From Paraspadella gotoi (Eukaryota; Animalia; Chaetognatha), in assembly GCA_051294375.1 (NCBI GenBank), contig JBJCIZ010000239.1, forward strand, positions 863,721 to 927,720: a stretch of DNA of 64,000 nt, given 5' to 3'. The notes beneath the pieces are model-generated. The model was not told where the DNA came from. It saw only the letters and a list, made by a program, of their open reading frames with translations, and ran no database searches. Position 1 is the stretch's first letter. The number at the start of each line of letters is the position of its first letter. Both the position numbers and the translations under genes were made by a program. Below are positions 13,707-26,900 of the stretch, piece by piece.

Positions 13707-14484
13707 TTTTACTTATTAAAATGAGTTAGTGGTTGCGCCGCAGGTACAGGGACTATGTAACCATAATAAGTTGCTTCTATGGTGGACTAAAATCCTCCAT
13801 ACTTCACGGTTTATCGATCTGAGCTCCCTCAGTTGTGAAAAAACACAGAACTCAAATATTACTAATTTTAGCTAATTTAAAACATATATGTACATAATTG
13901 AATCTACGTAGTACAATGAGATGCTTTTTTGAAAGTTTCATATTTACCTGATCAACTTGAAGAGCGGTAATGTACATAGAAATACCATTCATTGTTTTTT
14001 TTCCTTTTTTTAAAAATATTACACAAGATTAGTGTGCGAGCGACTTACACAATCTCAAGAATCTGAGGCCTATTTATCTTTGAATTTAAATGAATGTTTG
14101 AATGTATGGTAATATTTGTTTTATTTTGTAAGACACTATTCTGCTTAAGAGCAAATTATGCACCGAAAAACGCGACTTTCTGTTTTTATTATACTCGTAT
14201 GTGGCACGAATTATCCTCACGTTTACAAGCTCTTTCTTTCGTAATGTAAAATATTCTACTTAACAGTTTGCTTTAATAATTAATTAATTAAATTTAAAAA
14301 TCACACATATGTAGTTATTTTATTTTAATGCAAATTTCTACAATTTCCTGAAATTTGTGAAACGTTCATTATTCCTTTTTTTTTCAATAAAGCAACACAG
14401 TCCATGTAAGCCTATAATTATTATTTCTATCGAGCGTTTTGAGTAGGAAAAGTAATTTTACGGAATGCGACACCTAGCCAAGGA

Positions 14485-14745
14485 CGAAGCACTATGAGGA
14501 AGCTCTATAAGAAAGCCCTAAGAAGAAGCCCTGAAAAAACCCTTATAAAAGGAAAAAAACATTAGAGGAAGCCTTGGAAAAAGCCCTCAGTTAGGGAAAG
14601 CCCTATGAGGAAGTCCTATAAAAAGCCCAAAGTGGAGGCTCTATAAAAAGCTTTAGTAGGAAACTGGAGAAAGCAAAGAATTTTGAATTTGTAACAACGA
14701 TTTTGAAACTGTAAGAGAAAGCCCTATAAGGAAGCCCAAAGATGA
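14485..14745. repeat. Degenerate purine-rich minisatellite (gaggaagccctataa-like units)
   Basis: Recurrent aagcccta/aagctcta/aagtccta motifs at roughly 15-bp spacing. Confidence 0.6.
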
Positions 14746-15919
14746 ATCAGGAAATTACGACGAAGAATAACTACAACAACGACGACAAGGATCGAACTCT
14801 GGAACAACAACAACGACAACGAAGACCCACTTAATCCTAAAGTTCAACTTCTTTTCTTTGTTTCGTCGTCGAAAAAGTTAAAGGAAAACGTTTTTTTTGC
14901 CTAATTTCGGGAATTCTCACGCGGGGGCAGGGTCTCTCTCTCTCTCTCTCTCTATCTCTCTCGTCTCTCTCTCTCTTCTCTCTCTCTCGTCTCTTCTCTC
15001 TCTCTCTCTCATCTCTCTATCTCTCTCTCTTACTACGTGACGATTTTGACACTTCTAATCGTCATTATAACATGGTTAAATTTTATACTTTTATACTTTT
15101 TATAATTTTATACTACAGTATTCGTAAGTATATCATTCTCTTCATATTTTTAAGGGCTTTCTGAGGATATTAATATTGTTATATTTTAATAAATACTTTG
15201 TTTAAAAAAGTGCTAAAAGTTAAAAAAAATTGAATTTAAAAACAGTGAGTTGGAAAATGAAACCCGATTGACAAGCCAACTTTCCTCCACTCATTGTCAA
15301 GGCATATCTTAACTGATCAATATAAAATTTTAACACATAAAATAGTTTTAGTATTTTCTACTCAACTTAATTTTAAAATCAATGAAATAACTACTGGTTT
15401 GCAAATGACACCATATTTCTACGGCGCTTGTAAAATTGTCACCATGTAAGTTTTGACTTTTAAATCTGACTTAATAAGAAACAAAAAGGAGCGCCACTTT
15501 CTTTTCTGAGTCAGTTTGCGCGCTTCCGATGTATTAGTAAAATCCAAAGTCAGGGGAAGATAAATTATTTATTAAATGGATAATTTTTTTTATTGGTTGT
15601 AGCAATTTCATTCATGGCATTTAAATCTAAAACTTTATTTTACGTTTATGCTCGAAAAAAATAATTCAATAATGAAACAACTAAATAGTTGATGTCAAGA
15701 AAGAGATGGTCAAAGGTGACACGAGTCTTAATCATTTTAAAGCTTTTCTCTCCAATCGGCTAAAAAATTCTGCCAACCGATTGACAAGTTTGTTCTCTTT
15801 ATTTTTTTCTCTTCCTTCTTCTTTTCATGATTTTCCTCCAAAAAAGAATTTGAATTTTCAACCGAGAATTTTTTTTTTCAAAGGAGGACTCGGCGCGCGA
15901 AAAAAAAGGGCAAAACATG

Positions 15920-16015
<96 letters not shown>

Positions 16016-16193
16016 CTCTCTCTCTCGATAAAAGAATTTTCGCGGCGTAAAATATAGAGTCAATTTTAACCTTTTTACCACGAAAATATTGTTTTGGGAA
16101 AGAATTTTACTCTCCTCTTCCCCTTCCCGCTCATGTCGATTTTTGAGCGTATTCATCCTCGCCACACCTCATCTCTACCCTATGATGGATCCA

Positions 16194-16439
16194 CTACAAC
16201 TTCGAGGGCCAAAGTTTTCATTCAATTTTCTCAGTTTATTTCTTATATTTACTCACTGTCATTCTTCTTTCTCGAGCTCTTTTTCAAAAAATTTCTTGTT
16301 GCCTTTAATTGTAGGTGTTATTTTTATCTTTCTTGCTCGCTGGCTTCATTCATTCATTTCATTCATCATTCATTCATTCATTCATTCATTCAATCTTTTT
16401 TCTTTCTTTCTTTTCTTTCTTTCTTTCTTTTCTTTCTTT

Positions 16440-16471
<32 letters not shown>

Positions 16472-16569
16472 TTCTTTTTTTTTCTCTTTCTTTTCTTCTC
16501 TCTTTTCTCTCTATTTCTTTCTATCTTTTTCTCTTCTCCTCCTCCCTTCCCATTCCCTCTCTCTCTCTC

Positions 16570-16641
<72 letters not shown>

Positions 16642-17007
16642 CTCCCTCCCATTCCAAACCCCTGATTCGAAGCGGCATTCTCCATCTCCACTCGGCCCGC
16701 GAATCGCAAACGAAGCTCCGCCGGTCGCGTCTCCCTCAGCGGCGCCGCGGGGGGCGCTGCGGCGCCATCCGAGACGCCGCCCGCGCCGTGTACGCCGGAC
16801 TGTAGGCGAGGGCGGCGGCGAAACGCGGAAAGTAGGCGGGGGCAATGGAGGCGCCCGGAGAGGCGGGGGCGCGGCGACGGGGTGGAGGGAGAAGACAGGG
16901 CCTCTGGCGTCGGCGGCGGAAAAGTGGGTGTCGGCGGGAATGGCGTCTTTGGTGAAGATGATGACGAAGATGACGATGATGATGATTATGATGATGACGT
17001 AATGATT

Positions 17008-17038
<31 letters not shown>

Positions 17039-17120
17039 CGACCAGAAAACATTTTTAACAATTTCATCCGAAAAATAAGTGGAGCAGGAAAATAAAAATG
17101 AGAGAGGGAGAGAGAGAGGA

Positions 17121-17206
<86 letters not shown>

Positions 17207-17898
17207 GAGCAGCTTAGATTAGGAAATACTACTTAAAGAAAGCGATCAAGGTAAAAGCGACCGAAAAGATAAATGAACATCGTAATACATCACATTACTA
17301 ATATTTAAAAATATTTAATACAGGAAAATTGATCGAATGCAGATTATTATAGATTGCTTTGATTAAATAATTCCTTCATTCAATTATTCATTAACATTTA
17401 TAATAAATATCTTTTTAATTTTTTTTTTTAAGTTTACACAAGTTTTCACAAATATTTTAAATTACAATAAACAAAAAAAAAAGTCTTTTTCTCACCCGCG
17501 ATCAGACTCCGCTGCAGCTGATGCAGCGTCTGCGACGACCGCGCCCGCTGAAGCGGACCCATCGTACCCAGCTGCTGCGGGTCGAGCTCTGCTGCGGCGG
17601 AAGTTGCTGCAGATGATGCTGCTGAATCCTTGGCCCTGAGAAGGGCGGCGTCGTCGGCTTGGAGAGGATCGTGTCCGTGGAGCCGAGACCTCGACGACCG
17701 AATCCCGCCTTACCTTTTATTTTGAGCCGGGTAAGTTAGAAGAGAGGCGAGGCATTTCTAGTGGCACTAAAGACGCAATTTTCCGACGCCATCTGCGCCT
17801 TTCGACTCACCGAATGAATTATTGACTTCAGCGTCGAATTTCTCGGCGTCGAATCGGGCAGAAGCAGCAAATCCAACCATCGAATGTCCCGGTCGCAT
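16194..17898 (-). CDS. IRSp53: IRSp53-like gene, 3' exons, copy A (17898-17811, 17712-17495, 16946-16660, putative last coding bases 16199-16194)
   Basis: Consensus of copies gives RMRPGHSMVDLLLLPDSTPRNSTPEVNNSF/GKREFGRRGLGSTDTILSKPTTPPFSGPRIQQHHLQQLPPQQ...RSLIR/DAIPADTHFSAADARGPVFSLHPVAAPPPLRAPPLPPP...RFESG/L*. GT-AG boundaries have matching phases (2,1,1,0) and follow the SH3 exon at 22393-22491. Confidence 0.7.
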
Positions 17899-18550
17899 TC
17901 TGCAATAATGATGTAATTGCAATCCATATTTGAAGCTATAGATTACAAAGTTTTTAATTTGTATTTGTATTTGGCCCCAATAATATAACGTTAAGATACA
18001 GCAGCATTTACAGTAAAGGAACGATATTTATTGCATTCTATTTTAACGCTGGTAACAACGTAATTTAATATTTTGAAAGCTTCCTCCGACAAGTGCCACT
18101 TGTTTCTTTTTAAGCAAAGTTCCACAACATGCGACCTCTGTCGGGCCAAGATAGAAACTTGAAAACAAAAGAGTCCGAACGAGCCCTTGTTCCGACGCCG
18201 TTCAACAGCCGGCTTCCACTTTTTCGAATATTCACATCTCACTCCTCCATCGACTGATCACCTGTGTTCGGCGGTTGACTCCTGTGAAGGTCGGCCTTGN
18301 NNNNNNNNNNNNNNNNNNNNNNNNTCTTTTCAAAAAATTTTTGTTGCCCTTTATTTGTAGGTGTTTATTTTATATTTCTTGCTCGCTTGCTTTGCATTGC
18401 ATTCATTCATTTCATTCATTCATTCATTCATTCAATCTTTCTTTCTTTCTTTTTTCTTTCTTTTCTTTCTTTCTTTCTTTCTTTTTTTTCATTTTTTTCT
18501 TCTCTTTTTTCTATCTTTTTCTCTCTCTTCCTTCTCTCCTCTCCTCTCCC

Positions 18551-18619
<69 letters not shown>

Positions 18620-18651
18620 CTCTCTCTCTCCCCTCCCTCCCTCATTCCAAA

Positions 18652-18989
18652 CCCCTGATTCGAAGCGGCATTCTCCATCTCCACTCGGCCCGCGAATCGC
18701 AAACGAAGCTCCGCCGGTCGCGTCTCCCTCAGCGGCGCGCGGGGGGGCGCTGGCGGCGCCATCCGAGACGCCGCCCGGCGCCGTGTACGCCGGACTGAGG
18801 CGAGGGCGGCGGCGAAACGCCGGAAAGTAGGCGGGGGCAATGGAGGCGCCCGGAGAGGCGGCCGCGGCGACGGGTGGAGGGGAGAAGACAGGGCCTCTGG
18901 CGTCGGCGGCGGAAAAGTGGGTGTCGGCGGGGATGGCGTCTTTGTGAAGATGATGACGAAGATGACGATTGATGATGATGATGATGATT

Positions 18990-19021
<32 letters not shown>

Positions 19022-19082
19022 TGATGACGACCAGAAAACATTTTTAACAATTTCATCCGAAAAATAAGTGGAGCAGGAAAAT

Positions 19083-19177
<95 letters not shown>

Positions 19178-19833
19178 ATGAGAGCAGCTTAAGATTAGGA
19201 AATACTACTTAAAGAAAGCGATCAAGGTCAAAGCGACCGAAAAGATAAATGAACATCAGTAATACATCACATTACTAATATTTAAAAATATTTAATACAG
19301 GAAAATTGATCGAATGCAGATTATTATAGATTGCTTTGATTAAATAATTCCTTCATTCAATTATTTCATTACATTTATAAATAATATAATCAAATTTTTT
19401 AATTTAAACATAAGTCTTTTTCTCACCGCGGATCAGACTCCGCTGCAGCTGATGCAGCGTCTGCGACGACCCGCCCGCTGAAGCGGACCCATCGTACCCA
19501 GCTGCTGCGGGTCGAAGCTCTGCTGCGGCGGAAGTTGCTGCAGATGATGCTGCTGAATCCTTTGGCCCTGAGAAGGGCGGCGTCGTCGGCTTGGAGAGGA
19601 TCGTGTCCGTGGAGCCGAGACCTCGACGACCGAATTCCCGCTTACCTTTTATTTTTGAGCCGGGTAAGTTAGAAGAGAGGCCGAGGCATTTCTAGTGGCA
19701 CTAAAGACGCAATTTTCCGACGCCATCTGCGCCTTTCGACTCACCGAATGAATTATTGACTTCAGGCGTCGAATTTCTCGGCGTCGAATCGGGCAGAAGC
19801 AGCAAATCCACCATCGAATGTCCCGGTCGCATT
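18652..19833 (-). CDS. IRSp53: IRSp53-like 3' exons, copy B (19833-19745, 19645-19427, ~18938-18652)
   Basis: Exon lengths of 89 and 219 nt keep frame; donors are GTGAGT and GTGAGA. Confidence 0.65.
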
Positions 19834-20628
19834 CTGCAATAATGGATGTAATTGCAATCCATATTTGAAGCTATAGATTACAAAGTTTATAATTGTATTT
19901 GTATTTGGCCCCAATAATATAACNNNNNNNNNNGCATTCTGCAATAATGAATGTAATTGCAATCCATATTTGAAGCTATAGACTACAAAGTTTTTATTTG
20001 TATTTGTATTTGGCCCCAATAATATAACGTTTCTCTCGTTACTCTCTCTTTCTCCATCTCTCTCACTCTCTCTCGTCTCTACTCTCTCTCTCTCTCTCTT
20101 GATACAAGAATTCTTCTCGACGCGTTAAATATAGAATGTCAATATTTAAGGCCCTTTTTTACATCGAAAATCATTGTTTGGGAAAGGAATTTTACTCTCC
20201 TACTTCCCCTTCCCGCTTCATGTTTATTTGACGAGGTGTATCTCATCCTCGCCCACACCTCTCTTCTACCCTATGATGGATCCACTACAAACTTGCGGAG
20301 GCAGCCAAAGGTTCTTCATTCAATGTTCACTCAGTGGTTAACTTTCTGTATTTTTACTCACTTGTCATTACTTTTTTCTTCGAGCTTCTTCTCAAAAAAT
20401 TATTTTGCCCTTTATATTGTAGGTGTTTATTTTATTTTCTTGCTCGCTTGCTTTGCCCTGCATTCATTCATTACATTCCATTCATTCATTATCATTCAAC
20501 TTCTTTACTTTTTCTTTCTTCTTACTTTAGCTTTTTTCTTTCTCTTACTTTCTTTCTCTTATTCATTTCTGTCTCTTTGTTTCTATCTTTTTCTCTCCTC
20601 TCCCCCTCTCTCCGTCCCTCCCTCCCAC

Positions 20629-20674
<46 letters not shown>

Positions 20675-22392
20675 TCTCTCTCTCGTCTCTCTCTCCCTCC
20701 TCCCTCCCCCTCCCTCCCTCACCTTCCAACCCCTGATTCGAGAGCGAGCATTCTCCATCTCCACTCGGCCCGCTGAATCGCAAACGACAGCTCACGCCTG
20801 GTCGCGTCTCCCTCAGCGCGCCGCGGGGGGCGCTTGCGGCGCCATCCCGAGACGCCCGCCCGGCGCCGTGTACGCCGACTGTAAGGCGAGGGCGCGGCGA
20901 AACGCGCGGAAAGTAGGCGGGGGCAATGGAGGCGCCCGGAGAGGCGGTCGCGCGACGGGTGGAGGGAGAAGACAGGGCCTCTGGCGTCGGCGGCGGAAAA
21001 AGTGGGTGTCGGCTGGAGGTGATGGCGTCTTTTGGTGAAGATGATTGACCGAGATGAGCGATTGATTGATGGATTGGGATGATGATTATGATGATTGATG
21101 ATGATGATGATGATATGATGACGACCAGAAACATTTTTTAACAATTTCATCGAAAAATAAGTTGGGAGCAGGAAAATAAAAATGAGAGAGAGAGAGAAGG
21201 GATGTAGAGCTCGAGATTGATGAGAGAGAGAGAGAGAGAGAGAGAGATGAGAGAGAGAGCGAGAGACGAGAGACGGAGAAGAGAGAGAATGAGATACAGC
21301 TTTAAGATTAGGAATATACTACTAAAGAAAGCGATTCAAGGTCAAAGCGACCCGAAAAGATAAATCGAACATCAGTAATACATCACATTACTAAATTTAA
21401 AAATATTTTAATACAGGAAAATTGATCGAATGCAGATTATATATAGATTGCTTTGATTAAAATAATTCCTTCATTCAATTATTTCATTACATTTATAATA
21501 AATATATCTATTTTTTAGTTTTCACTTTTCACATATTATTAAATAACAAAAAAAGTCTTTTTCTCACCCGCGGATCAGACTCCGCTGCAGCTGATGCAGC
21601 GTCTGCGACGACCCCGCGCCGCTGAAGCGGACCCATCGTACCCAGCTGCTTGCGGTCGATAGCTCTGCTGCGCGTGAAGTTGCTGCAGATATGCTGCTGA
21701 TCCTTTGGCCCTGACGGAAGGCGGCGTCGCCGGCTTGGAGAGGATCGTGTCCGTGGAGCCGAGACCTCGACGACCGAATCCCCTTACCTTTTATTTTTGA
21801 GACCGGGAAGTTAGAAGAGAGGCCGAGGATTTCTAGTGGCACTAAAAGACGCAAATTTTCCGACGCCATCTGCGCCCTTTCGACTCACCGAAATGAATTA
21901 TTGACTTCAGGCGTCGAATTTTCTCCGGCGTCGAATCGGCAGAAGACAGCAAATCCAACCATCGAATGTCCCGGTCGCATTCTGCAATAATAGAATGTAA
22001 TTCGGCAATCCAGTATTTGAAGCTTATAGACTACAAAGTTTTTATTTGTATTTGTATTTGGCCCCAATAATATAACGTATAACAGTTACAGCAGCATTTA
22101 CTCTAAAGGAACATATTTATTGCCATTCTATTTTAACGCTGAGTAACAACGTATTTAATATTTTGGAATAGCTTTCCTCCGACAAGTGCNNNNNNNNNNN
22201 NNNNNNNNNNNNNNCACTTGTTTCTTTTTAAGCCAAAGTTCCACAACATGCGACTCTGTCGGGCCAAAATAGAACTTGAAAACAAAAGAGCTCCGAACGA
22301 GCCTTTTTTTAATCCTTGTTCCGACACGGTTCAAAAGCCGGTTAGACTTTTTCGAATATTCACATCTCACTCCTCCATCCGACTGAACTCAC

Positions 22393-22491
22393 CTGTGATT
22401 CGGCGGTTGACTCCTGTGAAGGTCGGCCTTGACGACGTCGAGGTTTTGCTTGACGATCGCTTCCGTGAAGGAAATGGGGAACCATCCGGCT
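22393..22491 (-). CDS. IRSp53: IRSp53-like gene: exon encoding the C-terminal part of the SH3 domain
   Basis: ccccAG|A GCC GGA TGG TTC CCC ATT TCC TTC ACG reads (Q)AGWFPISFTEAIVKQNLDVVKADLHRSQPPNHR, then donor GTGAGT. GWFPxSxT is the IRSp53 SH3 end, and phase 2 matches the CA|GT donor at 55912/49254. Confidence 0.88.
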
Positions 22492-23122
22492 CTGGGGTGT
22501 GGAAAAGTGGAAAGGAGTTTTGTGGAATTTTNNNNNNNNNNNNNNNNNNNNNNNNNNNNNNNNNNNNNNNNNNNNNNNNNNNNNNNNNNNNNNNNNNNNN
22601 NNNNNNNNNNNNNNNNNNNNNNNNNNNNNNNNNNNNNNNNNNNNNNNNNNNNNNNNNNNNNNNNNNNNNNNNNNNNNNNNNNNNNNNNNNNNNNNNNNAA
22701 AAAACAAAAAACAAAAGAAAACAAAAGCGACAGGAAAAACAACTTTAAAAAACTAATTTTGAATATTAAAATATATTTATTTAGCCAACTTTCAAGGCAG
22801 TTAACATTTAATTAAAAAAGTAAAATACTCTCTAAAAACAAAGAAAAACAAAATAACAAAAAAACTTGTAAATAAGACTTCGTCCTCGTCGTCTTTGTCT
22901 TTGTCGTCGTCGTCTTTGTCGTCGTCGTCTTTGTCGTCGTCGTCGTCGTCGTTATTTGACCCGCTTGACTTTTTCGTAATCGTCGTCGTCGGCCAAATAT
23001 CCTTCCTTGCCCTCCTAGGCTAGAATCGCGTCGAAGAGTCAAAAGGATCGTTTAATACGTCTCCAGTTAGATAGAGAGCGAGTGAGTCGAAACCATAGTC
23101 AGATAGAGACAGAGAGAGTTAG

Positions 23123-23877
23123 ATGTCGGCGGAAGAACGAAGACGAGCGGAAGGGAGGGTGAGTTATGAACGAATTATGAACGAATTATGAGTGAGTTAT
23201 GAACGAGTTACGAACGAGTTATGAACGAGTTATGAACGAATTATGAACGAATTATGAACGAATTATGAACGAGTTATGAATCAGTTATGAAGGAAGGGAC
23301 TAAAGAATGATTGAAAAAATGAACGAAAGAATGAATGAAGGAATGAACGTACGAATGAAGGAGCAATGTCAAAAGAACGAATGTACCTATAAGGGACAAA
23401 ATAAACGAAAAAAATAATTAATAGACAAATTAACGAATGAATAAATAAAGGTATAAAAAGGAGAACAAATTTAAAAATGGAAAACTAGCGAATTAGTTTA
23501 AAAAAAAAGAAAAAAAAGAAAAGTAGGAACTAACGAAAAAAAAAAAGAACGATGGTACGAGCGAAGGAACGAAGCGAAGGAACGAAGCGAGCGAACGAAC
23601 TGCCACGCCCACTCTCGGCCCCACGGCCCCCGTCGCTCTCCAGGCTCGTCGCGACGCTTCGCCTCGACAACGACTCGCCCGTCGCGCTCCCGACCTCGAA
23701 TCTTTCGCCGAAGAGATTCGAGTCCGCACCAACTTTTCGTCCGATCCGAATTTGAGCAGGAGTCCGGAGAGGAGTCCGGACAGAGGGGAGAGGGTAGGTC
23801 GGCCAGCCGCCTTTGTCCGTCTGAATAATTCCATCCATTTGTCGATATATTCGCAATTTAATCTTTTCATCCGTCCG

Positions 23878-23923
<46 letters not shown>

Positions 23924-25209
23924 ATCTATCTATCTATTATCTATCTATCAATTTATCAATATCATGACAACTTCCTTTATTCAACGCAAAAAAACCCCTG
24001 AAAATATCCATTATATTTATCAATTAAGAAATCCATCCATTTACAATCTCAATCCGTCTATCCGTCCAAAACATTCCAATGGTTTATCACCAATTCAGTC
24101 TATCAATCAGTATTTTCCTCTTCTTCTCCTTCATTCACTATTTATAAATATCTCTCCCAGACATCCGACAGGCCGCGCCCGAACTTGGCCCCGCGACGCC
24201 GGTCTGGACCCGAACGCGCTTAACGAGCCACTGACAACGAGTCCAGGCGCTCAAGGAAGCGGGTGAGACTCGGCCGGGCGGCATTGAGATTTTTTTAATT
24301 TTTTTTTTTTTAGTTACTCATTTTGATAATTATATATAATATTAGATATATATTAGATGGTAAAGTAGTCGCCATTGCATAAGTTCATAAGTTCACCCCC
24401 GCTTATTAAGTTAATCCAAACTTTGTCAATGGGTGGGTCAGAATTTGATTTGGGAACCTTTCCCAAATGAAACTTCATACATTTCTGAGAAACTTTTCAT
24501 GGACCAAAATTTTTTTAAAATGGCCAGAAGCATAGTAAATTAATTTTTAAATATTATTCATAGATGGGAAATGCCAAAAAAAAATTTTTTTGGCATTTTG
24601 TATTTTTTAAAAGGCAATTCAGATAGCTTATAAAAGATTTTTTCTACACAAAGTTATAATTTTTTTTTCAATATTTTGATGATAAGTGGGTCAAAATTGG
24701 GAAAAACCTGAAAAAATCATCCTCATCATCATCATCCGATAATTTAATAATTTTTGCTCATTTTTTAGTGACAAAAAACCAAATTTTAAAAGTTGTAATA
24801 TATTTTTTGCCTAACTTTTTGAGCTCTATCAGAATCAATTAAAAAAACTTAAAAAATATAAAAAAAATTTTTTTTACATTATATTAGCAAATAATAATTT
24901 TAATTAGCGAATTACTCATGGTTCGGAACATTTTTGCAAAAAAATATTTAACACAATAACTAATACCAATAATGGATTCGTTTAATCTGTTCCCATTAAA
25001 TTTGGAATTTGGTCGGCTACCGTATTATAGCATGACACCTTCATTGAGTAAAGGCCATTTAATAAAATAAGCTGTCTTGTCACCCCTACTTTGGACAGAT
25101 GGACATTGGGACAATGGACATTACTTATTATTTATTCACAGGGAAATGAAGACTCATAAAAATGTGTTTAGAAACTTCATTTAGTTTTCAACACATTATG
25201 ATTAATAAA

Positions 25210-25286
<77 letters not shown>

Positions 25287-26900
25287 CTCTCTAACAGCCA
25301 ACGAGCGGCGACGAGCGCGCTCGCAAGGCGGCGAGCGCGTCGGCGCCGCTTTGCGCGATCAATCAAAAGAGCCGGCCGCCAGCATCATACGCGATCGGTA
25401 TCGAACAGCGCCGGTCGGGCGGATCTGGCACGCCTCGGCGACGCCGGCCGCGCGATTCGTCGATCATCGGAGCGCGCCGGTCGGGCCGTGGCGAGCGCCT
25501 CGGGCGGCGCTGGCCACGCCGTTTACGCGAAGCCTCGCGCAGCGCGGGAAGGTCGGTGGGAGCGCGTCGCGTTAGCGCGGGGCGGAAATTGCGCGGCGCA
25601 TCGAGAGACGCGGGGAGAGCGGCTGGGAAGAAGACGAAGAAGGCTGGCACGAGAAATGAGGGGAGAAAACGAAGGCGGTCGGGAGGAGAGGTGTGATTGG
25701 TGCTTGCTCCGTGCTTGGATAAATGCTTGTTTTAGATGAGTGGACTCATGAAAAAAAGCTCGTTTAGAGATATGGGGTGATTATTGGCGAATGCTCGGAG
25801 GTTTGATGGTTTGGAAGAAGATTGTGGGTTAGAAGATTGCTGGATGCCTCGGTAAGATAGGGTTAAATAGACGATTTTGTCGTCGGGCATTGCCAAAGTT
25901 CACCCCGCCTATAAGGCATGACACTTTTCGTGTGACCCGGTGCTCATTGGACCACTAAGGTACCGGGTTCAATCCCAACCAGTGCCCTACCCTGCGGGAA
26001 AGCTGAGACGGCCGTAAACCGCCTTGGGGGCGGTTGAAAAACCCCACGCCTGGTTCCAAGCCCAGGACCCGTTCCATTGCTGCTGAGGGTGGCAAATTGG
26101 GCAAAGAAGTAGAATAAGTTTGAATTTTTCTATGACGCTGAAGAAGGCCTTGTGGACTAAAGCCGAAACATGTACGTCCTTATGTACTAATAAAATCGTT
26201 GTTGCAAATAAACTCAAACTTATTTCTACTAATCAAAACACAACGAATTGAAAGGAAATTCGCTATGCTAATACTCAATATTTAAATTGAATTTTTAACA
26301 AAGAATGTTAAATCAAATTTTGTTTAGATTTCTCCATAAAATAAATCATTTCCGTTTCAAATACATAAATGAATACAATAATAATAATATATAAGATAAC
26401 TAATATAATTTTTCTCAGTCCGCCGCAAATCCAAAGAACTCGGCGCCGCTAATCGCCCTCCCGCTCCGCGTCGGCGATGTCCGCGCCGGGGCGCGCTGGC
26501 CTTCGGCGCTCGCTGGCGCCAACGCGGCGATGCGCGAATCGATAACGAACGAACCCGGCGCGACTGTGGCGGCCGCCTCGAACGGCGACGAAGCGTCGGA
26601 TGCGACTAGCGTTCGAAGAATCGGCGCGCCGCGGCGTCGGCGGCGTCTCGGCTTCGGGCCGAGATCGGGCGCTGAGGGCGCGTCTCGTCTCAAGACGTGC
26701 GCGTCAAAGTGAGAACGTCCAAGTGAGGGATGGGAGCGAGGTTGGAAGCTTGGAGACCGAGATGCGTTGAGACCGGAATTGGAGGAGAGGGGATCAGGAA
26801 GAGTCGAGGAGGCATAAGAGGAGGTGGACCAGGTCAGTAGGAAGAGGGGGCTCGGAGACTCGGTTGCTCTAGAAGTTTACTTTTCGACGGTCGGTCGCTC
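23123..26900 (+). CDS. Nested gene 1: Arg/Ala/Ser-rich 11-mer-repeat protein; exons 23123-23158, 23644-23793, 24161-24262, then alternative last exons 25298-~25739 or 26419-~26900
   Basis: MSAEERRRAEGR|gtgagt (36 nt); ctccag|ARRDASPRQRLARRAPDLESFAEEIRVRTNFSSDPNLSRSPERSPDRGER|gtaggt (150 nt); cccag|TSDSRARTWPRDAGLDPNALNEPLTTSQALKE..|gtgaga. Both last exons have good acceptors. Confidence 0.75.
23160..23292. repeat. 11-bp minisatellite (ttatgaacgaa/g)n in intron 1 of nested gene 1
   Basis: Directly visible tandem units. Confidence 0.9.
24406..25024. mobile_element. ~620-bp AT-rich insertion present only in copy A (non-autonomous DNA-transposon-like)
   Basis: It interrupts cccgc(c/t)tat|aagcatgacacc, which is contiguous in copy B (~30091-30110). 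No ORF. Confidence 0.55.
25882..26089 (+). mobile_element. SINE-like family 1, 3'-truncated (other copy 31178-31383)
   Basis: gtcgggcattgcc..ttcaccccgcctataag leader, tRNA-like head with gggttcaatccc, and body shared with the other copies. Confidence 0.75.

Larger units (their letters stand above)
15930..22531. repeat. Three tandem near-copies of the IRSp53 3' region (A ~15930-18299, B 18325-~20030, C ~20030-22531)
   Basis: The same exons and introns occur three times, with N gaps at 18300-18324, 19924-19933 and 22190-22214. Differences are mainly 1-bp indels. Confidence 0.9.

Noticed and set aside
16182-17080. Plus-strand two-exon gene MMDPLQLRGPK/RHSPSPLGPR...EDDDEDDD
   Set aside because: The same DNA reads better as a minus-strand IRSp53 exon: it has an in-phase acceptor, C-ending codons, and the upstream exon needs a partner. 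The acidic tail is an intronic (GAT)n repeat.
18015-18160. Extra minus-strand exon FYLGPTEVACCGTLL... after a ttttgttttcaag acceptor
   Set aside because: The frame closes or differs between copies, and the flanking exons already join in phase. A cassette exon cannot be excluded but is unsupported.
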